Positions 48,228-61,338 are shown, counted from the first letter of the whole stretch. The stretch: DNA of 63,961 nt, filler included, from Choristocarpus tenellus KU-1152 (GCA_964200185.2; 14 parts of 14 records of this genome joined end to end with filler, not necessarily neighbours in it), one strand, 5' to 3'. Numbers and translations are program-made. Notes: a model not told the origin generated them from the letters alone.

Positions 48228-49288
48228 GTGGGTCCGCCAAAGGCTTCTGTCAGCCAGGAGATGGCAAAACTGAGGTGCTGTGTGCACTCTCTACCCAACC
48301 TCTAGTTTTTTTAAGGACTCTTCACTTCACTTGAACTCCTTGCTCTGCTGGAGCCTTACCTATTCCAATGTGTTGAATGATTTTGATCTTGCAGTCAGTT
48401 GCATCAATGTCAGCGCCATTACATGGCTTTCATGTACAAAGCACGTTCGAGTAAGCACCAGTTGATGGACAGTTAATTGGGTACAAGTGCACTGGGAATG
48501 CTGTGGCGTTGTGCCAGAAAATCAATGGTAGAATGTTCCCAAGTCTCGCAAATGTAGGGCACATAGGTACCATTTATTGATTGTATGCATACAGAATTTC
48601 GAATATCTGGTTTACCTTACATTTCTAAACTGGGCAACAGAGCAGGGGATTGAAAATCGAAATTTTTAGCAATCAGTATAGCGCAAGGTAGTCCCTTGAG
48701 CACAGAAAGTGATAGCATTCTGCACTCAAGCGGGGCCTGGCAAGCTTTGTGAGTCTGTTGCAAAGTTGGAACCCCTGTACCAAGCATCCTAACTCCAAGA
48801 AGCACCCCCGCATTGACTAGGCTCATTAATCTATAGCACAGGAACAACTAACTTGTAAGCAATATATCTCTCTTTTCTCTCTTGACCTTCTCCTCCGACT
48901 GTTCAGGCGTGACCTTGAGGAGTGCAATGAGAATCTGGAACAACTGAGGATGTTCAATGAGGAGAAAGATGTTCTTCATGTGGTAGAAATGGGACGGTTT
49001 CTCTCTCAGGTGCTGCATCCTCTTACCTCTTTCTCCTTGATCCTTCTGCCCTTCACAGAGAACAGCACCAGCCACACTTCGAAAAAAAAAAAGGTGTTAA
49101 TATCTGTAGGATCCTTTCCCGATGTCTGGTCATTGGCCTCTTGACTCACACAGTTGAGAGAGCCAGTGAAAGACAAAGTCCTATTATCAAGCACCAGGAA
49201 GATGTGGGATAATTCTGTGCCTGGAGATAGGCCTCCACCACCTCCTGTGCAGGACCGTGGGATTCTAGCAGTAGAAAGAGAGCACGGG
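48228..49288 (+). CDS. Hypothetical coiled-coil protein, internal exons (ending 48273; 48907-49009; 49154-49288)
   Basis: Phase-consistent splicing ...SQEMAKLR|RDLEECNENLEQLRMFNEEKDVLHVVEMGRFLSQ|LREPVKDKVLL..., with pyrimidine-rich acceptors. Confidence 0.55.
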
Positions 49289-49364
49289 GTGAAAACTTCT
49301 GCTCTTGGACTGGGAAATTGGAGTCTGGGGGAGAGGACGTACAAGAAAAGGGAGGAGGGGGGTG

Positions 49365-49520
49365 AAGGATGGGGTCTGGGAACAATCTCTCCTCACAACT
49401 TGGGGAGTATGGTGCATTTGATGCCCTTGCGTCTCACCACTGAAGAGAGGTGAGGTGTCCTAGAACGGGTGCACCATATCCCCCAAGTTGTCAGGAGGGA
49501 TTGTTCCCAGACCCCATCTT
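49365..49520. repeat. Long inverted repeat (foldback/MITE-like), ~50-bp arms
   Basis: GATGGGGTCTGGGAACAATCTCTCCTCACAACTTGGGGAGTATGGTGCA pairs with TGCACCATATCCCCCAAGTTGTCAGGAGGGATTGTTCCCAGACCCCATC. Confidence 0.85.
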
Positions 49521-49802
49521 CCCCNNNNNNNNNNNNNNNNNNNNNNNNNNNNNNNNNNNNNNNNNNNNTTAATTAATTAANNNNNNNNNNNNNNNNNNNN
49601 NNNNNNNNNNNNNNNNNNNNNNNNCCACACCCCCCACACCCCCACACCCCCACACCACCACTTCGATATTGTACTCTTATTAATAAATAGTGCACTTTGA
49701 AGTGTTTTTCCTTGTTGTCTTTTCAATTTTTTAAAATTTTTAATCTCCCCTTAATTTTTTGTTTGTTTGTTCTCATTGCTCTCTTTTTTATATTTTTTTT
49801 AG

Positions 49803-49947
49803 GGGATGGAAGGCGTGGGACCTGGCAGCGTGGTCCGTTCTTGGCGTGGTCTGCGGTCTGATGGCTGGATTATTCACTGCAGCTGTGGACGCACTGGCCA
49901 AGCTCCGCAATCGCATTGTTCGTAGTGCTCCCACGCCCAAGGCCAAG
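49803..49947 (+). CDS. Internal exon of a CLC-family chloride channel/antiporter
   Basis: GWKAWDLAAWSVLGVVCGLMAGLFTAAVDALAKLRNR matches the CLC helix pattern W...el..f.llGv.gGl.galF......l...R. Strong poly-T AG acceptor. Confidence 0.7.
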
Positions 49948-50542
49948 GTCTGGACCAAGTATGGTGGGTCTTTTTTGATGTATATGGAACGTGACTCTTG
50001 CCTGAGTTTTTTTTTTTTTGAGTGCTGTTCTGTTATGAACCGCGATAGTTCTTAGTTCAACCCAATTCGGTTCGTTCCATTTTTTTGAATAGGAAGAGTA
50101 ACTGAACAACTTGACTTTTTTTTTTTTTTGAAAAAAATAAAAATATAAAAAGAAAGGAAGGAGTGGTTAGTGTTCTGTTGCGCGCGCGCGTGTACAGCGC
50201 TATTTTATTAAAAAAAAGAAAAATCGCAGTACGAGCACACAGGGGAGTGCTCGCGCGACTGAACTGGTGTTGGGAGTTGTCAGAATCGCATACTGGTCGT
50301 GACGATGTGTCACACTGCCTCCACTATGTCACTGCATGCACATCTAACTGTGATAACACATTAATGGGCGCAGCAGTATCCACCTGAGATATCTGTGGAG
50401 GCTTCGGAGTTTTTTTTAGCCTCGCGGCGCGGCGCCGTGGGCCACTCGGCGATCTGCGCGCGTTTCGCGCGCTCGTGCCGCCTCTCGCGCGCCTAGCGTT
50501 GAAGGGAATTCCGCCGAGATTTCGTAGTGGATGTGAACATTC

Positions 50543-50806
50543 GAGTGAAAGTATTTTGGAGGGTAGGAATCTTGCCCTGTTTGTCTGTTTGGGGCTTTTG
50601 GCTCCCCATGTTTTTTCTTTTTTTTAAACGACATTTTCCTACTCCAAAATATTTCGAAGTAGGTAAAATGTATGCGTCCGGAACATGGATGTCGACCATT
50701 CCCAACATATACGATAGCCAAAATTAAGCGAAAATCGCGACATTGGATTTTGACCCCCAAAACGGACGCAGCCCTACTACCCCCTGACCCTAAGATGCTT
50801 TGAATC
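50543..50806 (-). mobile_element. Sola2-like MITE copy
   Basis: GAGTGAAAGTATTTTGGAGGGTA ... CCCTAAGATGCTTTGAATC; internal sequence matches the family. Confidence 0.88.
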
Positions 50807-50956
50807 AGTTCTTTCTTTTTGATTCAGAACCTATTTTTTTTGGAGCTATGGTGATTTTTTGGGGGTGTCGGGCCTGCCAGTTTTTTTGTTTCATTGTTTG
50901 TAATTGATTAGAGTTTAGTGTTGGGGGATTGTTTTCGTTGCTGTTGTTGTTTGAGT

Positions 50957-51460
50957 TTAGGGTTAGGGCTGGTGTTTGTTTGACTTGGTTTGCTGTTGTG
51001 ATGACTAGAGTTTAGGATTGGGTTGGTGCTGTTGTCGTGTTTGTGTTAGGGTTAGGTTTAGGGTTGGCGTTAGGCTTGGTTCCTGTTGTTTTTATTGGTT
51101 ATAATTATTAGGTTTGTTACATCATACTAATAGAAATACTGTTTGTGCTTGGTGGTATTGATGGTAATGATATGGAGAGTCAAGTTGGGCTGGTGCTGGA
51201 GTTAGGGGGATAGGGAAAGGGTGTTTGTTGTTGAACAGTTTGGGAATACTAAGCGAAGTATGTGTATTGTAATTGTGTTTTTGTTGATCTTGTTATGTGC
51301 TACTCTGAAGTGTTCAAATTATTTAACACGTGCCATTTTTAACGCTATTTATACTATTAATACTGTGAATGTTGTCTAAGCAGTGTGTCTTTAGTAGAGC
51401 TATGAATACTACGCAACTACCAGAATGCTCTTTGGTACTAGGGTTAGGGTTAGGGCTAGG
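50957..51460 (+). repeat. Scattered interstitial telomere-like (T)TTAGGG repeats in a GT-rich intron
   Basis: TTTAGGGTTAGGG at ~50957, TTAGGGTTAGGTTTAGGG at ~51046 and TAGGGTTAGGGTTAGGG at ~51439. Confidence 0.6.
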
Positions 51461-52068
51461 TTTACTGGAAGGACCTTAATGTGTTTTGGCAGGTGCTGTG
51501 AGATACGCACGGGAGGATGTTAGAGGGACACGTGAGAGAGGTGTGAGAGAGGTGTGAGAGAGGTAAAATTGGTAGCTTTGTGTGTGTGGTCGGGTTAACA
51601 TAAGCGGCTATCAACATGTGGTTTTTGGGGTAGCAAGAGAGGAAGGAGGTTGGAACATGCAGTCCTTCTCAAGAGTGAAGAACAGAGAGGCCCCTTTGCT
51701 TTCCCATGGAGAAGAAGGTGGATGGATAACCCAGATGACCTCAGGGTTGACGCTGAAGTTACAGTTTCTCCTAATTGCCCCGGCCTCCCTGTCTCTACTT
51801 GACTCTCACACCTCACCCTTCCCCCTTTCCGGGTTTTTGGTCATGAAGTTGAAGTTGAAGTTGAAGTTGTCACAAGCTGCTCACCGTTGCACGGGGGGGG
51901 GCGTGATGATGGCCCCATTTGTGTGTTGGGGTTGGCAAGGGATTGCTCCCGATTGTTGACCCAAATGGAATGAACTCTGATTCAAAGTAGACGAGGGGTA
52001 CCCTGAGTCGCATCTCGAGGGTATTGGCAATTTTGGTGCAAAAAATTCGGCTCTTTTTATTTTTGCAA

Positions 52069-52141
52069 GTATGTATGTATGTATGTATGTATGTGTGTAT
52101 GTATGTATGTATGTATGTATGTATGTGTGTGTGTGTATGTA
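52069..52141. repeat. (GTAT)n/(GT)n compound microsatellite
   Basis: Direct observation. Confidence 0.95.
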
Positions 52142-52543
52142 TAGGGTGTTTTCTGAATTCTGCTGGAGTGTCTTTTGGAGTAGATAAGAGAAATCGACGC
52201 TCTCTCGAGTCAAAAGCCTTAGCACTCCATCCATAGAAATATGAGCGTGTTGGAAAAGATCGAAAGGCTGGCATCAAGATGCAAAACATTCAAAGCCTGG
52301 CTGCCTTTCATTTACTTTGAATGACTCTCTACTGTCCATGGATCATGGACAGAAGTGGCGAAAAAGAGCCGGTGCCCAATCCTTTTCCAAGTTCCCTGGC
52401 AACTAGCAACCACAACAGCGGAACTTTCACTCCCCCCCCCCGCNNNNNNNNNNNNNNNNNNNNNNNNNNNNNNNNNNNNNNNNNNNNTTAATTAATTAAN
52501 NNNNNNNNNNNNNNNNNNNNNNNNNNNNNNNNNNNNNNNNNNN

Positions 52544-53195
52544 CTACATGCTTGTACCTACCCTAGGGCAGGGGGGCAGGTATGCCAGCACACACCAATG
52601 ATTAAGTATGTAGGGCAACTCTGCAAGGGTATGGACATCCCTTGCAATATGAAGGATGGTATCCCATTCACAGTGGACTAAAACTTCCGCATGGATGTGG
52701 TCTTCCATGTTGGGGCAATTATAGACGCTGGATTGGCTCCCTACTAGAACAAAGACTTCCTCCTGGATGTTGCGTATGCAAAGGTACAAGCAGCCTCCCA
52801 TCTGCCACACTTCACCCACCAGCACTAGTGAAGCTGCTGCTGCAACTGAGCCACGACAGTACACCCACTACAAGGGTTCTCTTGAACATTGTGGTTTTAA
52901 CCTTAACACCTTCGAGGTGGAAATTTTATCCAGCTTGGAGAGGAAGCAGAAAGTTTTTTGGATGAGTTGGCTACACACGCAGTAGTGGGAGAGGGGCGGG
53001 AGGTTAAAGCAGGAAAGGGGCTGTCAAATCCCGACAAATAGTGCCTGTCACTACACAAATACCATTCTCAAGACATGTCATGGGTTTCAAGCTGGAGACA
53101 CCAGGGAGCTGGGCAAGGAAGGGTCTGTCAGATTCTTGGGATGCTTCCCTTCCACCTCGCTCACTTGTGTAGGGCTAACCTAGGTTAGAGGCATA
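52544..53195 (+). mobile_element. Decayed 3' part of a CRE-like non-LTR retrotransposon (RLE domain and tail)
   Basis: MDVV...LLDVAY...SEAAAATEPRQYTHYKG...GFNLNTFEVE, followed by the same tail as at 36445-37215. Confidence 0.7.
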
Positions 53196-56100
53196 GATAG
53201 AGATAGCAGTAGTGTACACACAAAATTGAAATTACTATCATTTTGTTGTATAGTTGGTATTCGAATAGAAAAGTCTTTGGAGAGATCTCTTCTACATTTA
53301 CGACATCTGTTGTTTTCCCGTTGTTGTTGGGTCCCTATGATAATGGTTTTGGGTTTTTCGCTGACACCTCTACAAGATGCCAGAGGGTGGGTGTAATAAT
53401 AAATGAATGTAGTACATACTGCAGTTGGTTTCTTTCACGGCCATACCGTTCCACTGACCCTGGGAATTTCATATTTGATACTGTGACAGGGAGTAGAGTG
53501 TCAGACACATATATAGGATATATTTATATTTTTCTAAACTATATTATCCCTCCTAACACGACTACCATCCCAACAATGTGTCAAGTTCCTTCTTCACCAC
53601 CTATCTATGTAGTGTTTCTAAATTGAACGTGTGGAGAGCTATATTTATCTTCTCGAAAATATCTGTAAAATAACACTCAGCATAGTGTATCATAGGAGAA
53701 GTAGAAGTCATCAGTGTGGTTGACACGTGGACATGGGAGAAATCAATTCTAGATTTCTACGACATAAAAATCTGATTTCGGAAGTTTTAGCCCCCGAGAT
53801 TCCTAGAAAGCAATTCCGGTGATGCCACTGCACAACGACAACCCCAGTTTCTACTGTAAGGATAGTATATATTTTATATGAAACAGGGAATGAGTAGTGT
53901 TTTGTTATATTAGCAAGAAACCCTACCTGATGTCCATTATCGTTTGTTGTCTGTTGTCAGTTATCTTCTCCACTGTTGACCCGAAATTGTTTTTCTATTC
54001 TTCTTCAACACCCAACATATCTCCAGTTGAAATCAAACCGAAATAAAAGGTTCTATTCTGAATTTCCTTAGCGGTAAAAAATAGAATGTACAAAATTGTG
54101 ACGAAGACACCAAAATCAATCGGAAAAAAAAATGATGAGAGGTAGTTACCATACAAATTTTGAACCTTTAACCCGTTCCATGAATATCGAGGGTTCGAGC
54201 CCCACCAACGCCATACATTTAAAGAAATGATAATGTTGACTATCTCAAGCAGTGGTGGGAAACAAGAATAATAATACATACTAACCACATCTTACTATTA
54301 AATTGACCCAATTCAGATAGATGATAGTGATGATGAGTCCAGTTACTAAAATATATACTGTCGATATGACGATGGGTGCACTCAGTAAAATGATATCCTC
54401 CCACAGGACAAATTAGTCAGGCAGCCACGATGGGGTCCTCAGGAAGAGTAGGCCCTGTCGGACATGTGAATCCCAGCAATTCGTTAATTTCAACCCTAAC
54501 GCGGGCCAAGATGAAGAGGCCTTCCATACGGTAGTTGATAGAACAAAATAGGCAATCGCAGTTGCTAAAACGTAATGAAACCTATGATCGTCAATGCAAT
54601 TTCATCCCTCGGAAATTTTGAAACTCTTTTTGAACGGGTATACGCAGGCATCATCGTCACATAAGAACATCTCTAAAAGCAAACATGCTTTCGGTTTCTT
54701 GATTGCAAGCATCCCTATCTCTGACGCTTGCAAAAAATTGTAGTGTTTTAGGGATCCTACAAATTTAGAGTCGAAGCCTGTGGGCGATGATGAGCCTCGT
54801 AGACGGCGCCTGTTATGTATCGCAATGCCTGATAACCAGCATAAATGGGCGGTTATCAGGTTATTGTGATACAAGGTAAGAGTTCTTTCAAGGTTGATGT
54901 TTGACTGAATTTAATCACATATCTAAGGGTGCTGGTGGTGGACCTCAAATGTCTTTTTCGATTTGTCAAGGAGTCTAATACGTCATATACATTTAATTCT
55001 TGTTTCCCCAATGTCTAATGCAACCACTCCAAATTATTATTAAGATATAAATTTTTTCTGCATCAGTAAAACGATTCTAAACCTAAAAAAAAAATGTCTC
55101 CATGAACATTTTTATTGGCTTCGAAGGGGTTTGAACTCGGGAAGGATATATTATTTGCCAAAATTCTGGAAATAATTCTATTCTACCAAATCAAATTTTC
55201 AAGAAAAGGCGTTTTTGTTTAAAATATCATTCACACCATGAGATTAGAAGTAGGTGCTGGTAACTACACGTAGCAACCAGAAACCCATTTTTTGAGGAAA
55301 TCTGAAACACTATAATTCTAACGAGTATTACAGATTGTCATCTTCACCCTGACTAAGACATATCAGGAACACGTTTTTAGAGGCATTCTTTACAACCGTT
55401 GAACACTGTGATGATGTACGTACACTAGGTCCAAAACATGGTGGCTAAGCAATGGAGAGATGAGGTGGTACTGTAGACAGAGAGGTGTCAATAGGTCGTA
55501 ATAGTCCTGTTCGCCTATCAGGTTGTATTAACTATCGTACGGAAGCAATCTCTGTTTTACATGAAGTAGGATGGTGGTTGACGGATTTGCTGAGTTAGAT
55601 GGAAGCTGATGTAAAAGGATCTACACAAGAATAAAATGTTGGGTACTTTGATAATCTTAACTGTGGACATATTGTAAGCTCTTAGACCTGACAATGCATT
55701 GGGAAAAGTCCTACGTGTACATTGTTGTTCCTTCACCCAACCTTGGGGTACACAGACCCTCATATTTTGCCTTGCCTCTCCCTACAATACCCTGAGCCAC
55801 TAAGAATCCAATTTCAATGCCCTTCAGTAGCAAGGAGTTTCCATTCCAGGACTAGATGGTCGCAGTACACTTAATACTGCGGTTAAGTTTCTAATGTTTT
55901 GCTAAATGGTCCCATAATGATGACATCAGACATTTAAAATATCCTTTTCAGATACTACATGCAATGTTCATTATTATACGCCTTGGACAACGTAAACACT
56001 CAACAATACATTATGCCCATAACACCGGTGATGAAAGGGCCAGAGTAAAGGAGAGGTACACAGGTTTTAGTCGTTTGCATTTTAGTCAGTTTTTCAATCT

Positions 56101-56374
56101 TTCGCAATTAATCCATATTTCTATGGATATAGTGCTAATACTGACATTAGAGAGTTGATTTCTCTATTGCTTGAATCTTTTCATCAGAATTTGGAAAAAA
56201 CCTCTATAAAATCTTTTTTAAAGCCGAATTTTGCACATATTTGACAGTATCCTTAAAATGCAACTCTGGGTACCTATCGCTTACTTCGATTCAATACATA
56301 TGTAGTGCTCGTCTCACTCAATGCAAAACATACACTAGTACAGCACAATGTCGTGCCCTTAACATATCAGGATC

Positions 56375-56375
<1 letters not shown>

Positions 56376-56413
<38 letters not shown>
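56376..56413. repeat. (AC)n microsatellite
   Basis: Direct observation. Confidence 0.95.
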
Positions 56414-56415
<2 letters not shown>

Positions 56416-57411
56416 CACTTGTGAATTGCTCTAAGCACTTTGGGCCAAAACATACACAATATAGAATATGTTATCGGTTTCAGCACAAGATCTTTTGGAC
56501 TGAGAGTCGCTCATTGAACCTCAGAGTATCATTTTGTAGAAATTGGAGGGGTTTTGACGTTCAGCTTACAAGGCAGGACAGACGCGGAATTTTCTTACGT
56601 GTACTACTGTAGATTGTACCTGATGGGGAGCTTGTTGAAGTGTGACCTAAACCGGCGGCGTGTTGTGCGCATGTATGCACTCTGTTAGCATTCTAAGGCG
56701 TGTGGTAGTTATCAGGTGATAGCTACATCACTCAGTGTCAATGGTGCCTCTTGTTTGTTTGTTTTGTCATTACCCCACATGTTATGTGTGGACTTGCGCT
56801 GTTTTCTGTACTACCGCTGCTACCACCACTACTGCTACTGCTGATAATACTGTGATTTACAACTACTGCACAACAACAAACAAGAAAAGGTACCATAATA
56901 ACAGCAGTAACAACAATATATACAGTAATGACAATGAAGTAACAGCAATGAGGACAAATAATAGATAATATAGAGTGGTGCTGAGGGACGAAAGGGGAAG
57001 AGGGAACAGGTCTAGGGCTAACACTCACTATGAAAAAGACTGATCATCGATGCTTTCTGCACATCATCATTATGAGTCTTACAAGACAAATGAACAAATT
57101 AATGAATGCAGGCAGTACCGGTTGTGATAGTAGTAGCAGTATTTCTAGTATTACTGAGCAACAGTAACGGGAAGAGATGTACAAAATCAAACCACTCGCT
57201 GTCAGCTGTGCCCATACAACATGAGAACAAGAATAACAGGTACTCACCAGGCAGCAACAAGAACAACAACAAGAAGGGTAACAAACAACAGTTCTTCACA
57301 CAAATATTTCTACTATAACCGCATGGCACCAAATCCAAAATGCATGTGTGCAGTCACAACAAGAATATCTGAGCCAACTCACAGGAAGGAGAAGAAGAAT
57401 ATTGAACGCAA

Positions 57412-57929
57412 GAGACAAAGTATCTTAGAGGGTAGGGCCGCGTCCATTTGGGGGTCAAAATCCAATGTTTCGAGAGTGAAAGTATCTTAGTGGGTACGAG
57501 TTTTGCCCTGTTTGTCCATTTGGGGCTTGGCTTCCCATATTTTTTTTAATGACATTTTCCTACTACAAAATATTTCGTAGGTAAATTTATACGTTATGAA
57601 AATGTGTGTCCGGAACAAGGATGTTGACGCTTTCTAACAAACTTAATGGCCTAAATTACACCCCCAAATCACACAATGGGCTTTGGTCCTCAAATGGACG
57701 CGGCCCTACCCTCTAAGATACTTTGGCTCTCGATTTTGATGTAATTTTGGCCATCATGTTTGTTAGGAAGTGTCAATATCCTTGTTCCAGACACACCTTT
57801 TCATAAGGTATACATTTTACCTACTAAAAAAAAAATGGAAGTAGGAAAACGTCATAAAAAAAACATGGGAAGCCTAGCCCCAAATGGATAAACAGGGCAA
57901 AATTTGTACCCTCTAAGATACTTTCACTC
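57412..57929 (+). mobile_element. Sola2-like MITE (outer copy) interrupted by a second copy
   Basis: 57412-57473 plus 57734-57929 reconstitute one full element, GAGACAAAGTATCTTAGAGGGTA...TACCCTCTAAGATACTTTCACTC. Confidence 0.92.
57474..57729 (-). mobile_element. Sola2-like MITE (inner, inverted copy) with TSD TCGA
   Basis: GAGTGAAAGTATCTTAG...CTAAGATACTTTGGCTC, flanked by TCGA at 57470-57473 and 57730-57733. Confidence 0.94.
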
Positions 57930-58519
57930 CAAAGGAACGCTAGTAATAGTAACGTTTAGAACACAAAGAAGTCGAAGGGGGGGGGGGTAAACGGTACTGT
58001 TTCTAGTGAGCCACAGTAAGTGAGAGGTAACCCAGGTTCTGGCAACATTATGCGTTTGAGGACACCTTTTTCATCTTTTGAAATTTATCCTTATTTCTAT
58101 GGAAGAAGGGCTCAGATTGACTTGAGAGCGTTGATTCCTTTGCTTCGAAACCCTTTGAAAGAATCCAGAAAAGTCCCTACAAATATTTGTACATTAAGTC
58201 GAATTTAGCGCATTTGTCATCAGCATTCGTAAAATTCAACCCTTCTCGTTTAACTTTGGCTTGGTTGGGGGGTTGTCCTGATCTCTGGACTACAACAAAT
58301 CGATTACGAGGATGTGAGGTCGATAAGGACAGCAGCAATAAGTACAGACTCAAAGCATCTCGGGGGGGGGGGGAGTCTACACCAGGGTGTCCATTCGGGC
58401 CCTGACCCGGAGAAGGGCANNNNNNNNNNNNNNNNNNNNNNNNNNNNNNNNNNNNNNNNNNNNTTAATTAATTAANNNNNNNNNNNNNNNNNNNNNNNNN
58501 NNNNNNNNNNNNNNNNNNN

Positions 58520-60998
58520 CTGCCCTCCCCCAAGCCCCTCCGTTCCCATACCAGAGTCGATCCCCCCCGTGCCACTGTCACCACCTCCTGGCCCACTACT
58601 GTATATTTGGAGGTGCTCATTTTCCACTCGGATGAAACCCCACATGGTCCTGTGCAGCAATAAGAATGTATTTTTTAATCTTGTAAAAAAAAAATACCCA
58701 AAACATTTGGACTAGTGTGCAGGGGAAATCCATGATGAGAAGAAAATCACCGAGGAGAAAGTTAAACCACCTAAAAAAGATACGCACAATGACACACTTA
58801 TATGATACAGTAGTTCTGTTTCATATACGTAGAAGAACTACAGTCTCACCCTTCCAAGGTGAAAATCACAGGAGGGGGGGGGGGAATCCTTTTAATTCCA
58901 CATCAGAACTCCAGAAGAGAAGCGATGCCAATCTAATCACATCAAAACATCACCGCCACCCGACCTTCTATCTTGTATCTTTGTTCACCAGTGCTGCGGT
59001 GGTTGCTTTCAGAAGCAAGGTCCAGGGCAGCACATGGGCGACTATGTACACCACATGAACATGGACATACAGACCCCGTGCATGGTTCCTTATCATTCAA
59101 TAGAGAGGGTAGCTAAAGGGAGAAACCACCTAGGAACAGAGAGCCAGTATACCACCCACGCAACACTGTACCTTTTTTCTTATCACAGGACTACAAGACA
59201 AAAGGTACAGCATACCCCCAAATAATAATAAGTATCTCACTTTGAAGAACAGATCCCACACAATCCCTCCCCCCCCCCCCCCCCCCCTCCCCTATCCCCC
59301 CTGTGCTCATTCCCACCTCCGTACAATCTCCGCTGCGGCAATCACAGGACTCAGATATATCTGGAAATCCTTGTGAAAGAGGTTCTCCCTGTTCTCGGGC
59401 ACAATCGTCACCGTCCAAAGGAAACGCAGAACAAAATTCACGCCTACTGCTGCAATGTACAAACCCTTACGTCGGAAGAGGAGACGGGATCGAAGGCGAG
59501 GGGCTTTCCAGGAACCATCCCTGCTCAGTTTGGCATGTTGGCAGTGGTGTTGGTGTATGTGTGTGTGAAGGGGGGGGGGGAGTTGGGAAGGGGAAGCAAT
59601 TCAAGCAGTGAAGATGGGTTTGCCATACACTTGCCACCAGATTCTGGGGAAGGCGATGGACTGCTTAGACATGGGAAGAGGAGGCAATGAGATGTGGTGA
59701 CCCTTGGCGGCAGGCAGCATATGAATGGTATGGCAGGGTAGATGGTGAGCAGGACTCAATATAGTACTGGAGTAGTGTATGTATGTACATCATAGCATGA
59801 CCAATAATACTCTCAACAACCCCTCCAACAATCACAACCTCAAATCAGAAACACGCTCCTGGGGCTCTTTTGGTTGCTTCCACTGTCCTTGTACTGGTCA
59901 CAGCCCACCGTGCAAAAACACCTCAGTTAGTTGCCTCTGCTGCAGCACCCTGGTGCCTCATCTAGGTGTCAATAGCGCAACTCTGAAACCTACAGCTCCA
60001 CATACCAACCAGTGACACAGATTGCCGGTAAAACCTAGGTACAGGGGTAGTCAAGCACATCACCAATGATGGAAATATCATAGATAATCACAAAAAAGAG
60101 TCCTTACCGCCTGAGAGAGGGTTAGGGTTAGGGCTAACCCTCGTCAATCACAACCACGAAAATATCTTGCTTGATAAAACCACATCATGTCCAGGCTTTT
60201 CCATCAATAATCAGAAAGTCAAATGTGCACTGCCTGTACAACTTGTGTCATCCCCACACATACTAGTCCAGGTTCTTATACATAGCCTTCCAACCCCTGT
60301 GAGAATCAAAGTACAAAACTTGAACCCCAGAGACATTGCAGCAAGTCTAATGCTGACCATGGAAAGGTTAAACCCAGTTTCCCCCAGAAACAAGCTTGGT
60401 TGCAGTCCCTCAACACTTGACTTGAAGTAAAGTAGGGTGAAAAATATTGTCCTCACGTGCACCAAAACCCATGCAGGCCTCTCATATCATCAAATAACCT
60501 CAGGAGAAATTTCTAGGAACACATGGACGTACCACTTCAATTACAAAAATGAGTATATTGCAAGACATTATAAACAAGAGTAAGACTTCGTATTGATAGT
60601 ATCATTCAAATTCTACTAGTAAAGTGTCAGAAATAATTCAAGGAGTTTCAGTCCAAAAATGGGCATAAAATACATTTAAAAATAAAGCCAAAGAGTACCA
60701 CCCACCTTTCAACCCAAAATGGACAAAAACATATCCTCACTTCTTAGTCAAACAATGACAGGGCAGAAAAAGACGACATGCTCTTCAGGTACTTCACTCA
60801 TGTACTGAGTACACAGACCTCACTCACCACTGGACCAGGTCCCAGTCCATGACAATGTCCCATGAGAACTGGTACATTGTTGCAAAGACAAAGCAGAACA
60901 CCCACAAGGGACTGTTGTGCAGACCAGGTCGAAATGTTCCGAAGAGAGACACCGACATGGCCGTCGCATACTTGAGTGCATTGCCCAAATGTGGCCAC
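58520..60998 (-). CDS. EXS-domain membrane protein (XPR1/PHO1/SYG1/ERD1 family), exons 60998-60828, 59520-59317, 58649 to contig end
   Basis: Phase-consistent splicing gives WPHLGNALKY...YQFSWDIVMDWDL...LRSRLLF...NFVLRFLW...AEIVRR|TMWGFIRVENEHL, all hallmark EXS motifs. Confidence 0.95.
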
Positions 60999-61037
60999 CT
61001 GGAAGTAGCGAGAACAAGGGGCAAGGGACAGGCATCC

Positions 61038-61338
61038 ATTATATCAAAGTCATTCACTATATGAAATTTATTTATTATATCAAAGTCATTCACTATATGA
61101 AATTTATTTATTATATCAAAGTCATTCACTATATGAAAGTTATTTATTATATCAAAGTCATTCACTATATGAAAGTTATTTATTATATCAAAGTCATTCA
61201 CTATATGAAAGTTATTTATTATATCAAAGTCATTCACTATATGAAAGTTATTTATTATATCAAAGTCATTCACTATATGAAAGTTATTTATTATATCAAA
61301 GTCATTCACTATATGAAAGTTATTTATTATATCAAAGT
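61038..61338. repeat. 36-bp minisatellite, ~8 units, in an EXS-gene intron
   Basis: Unit ATCAAAGTCATTCACTAT-ATGAAAGTTATTTATTAT, nearly perfect. Confidence 0.97.

Noticed and set aside
53630-53974. Possible solo LTR (TGTGGAGA...TCTCCACT)
   Set aside because: No terminal CA and no matching TSD.
60108-60120. 3-nt micro-exon supplying the EXS 'RR'
   Set aside because: RR is already encoded across the 59317/58649 junction with the correct phase.
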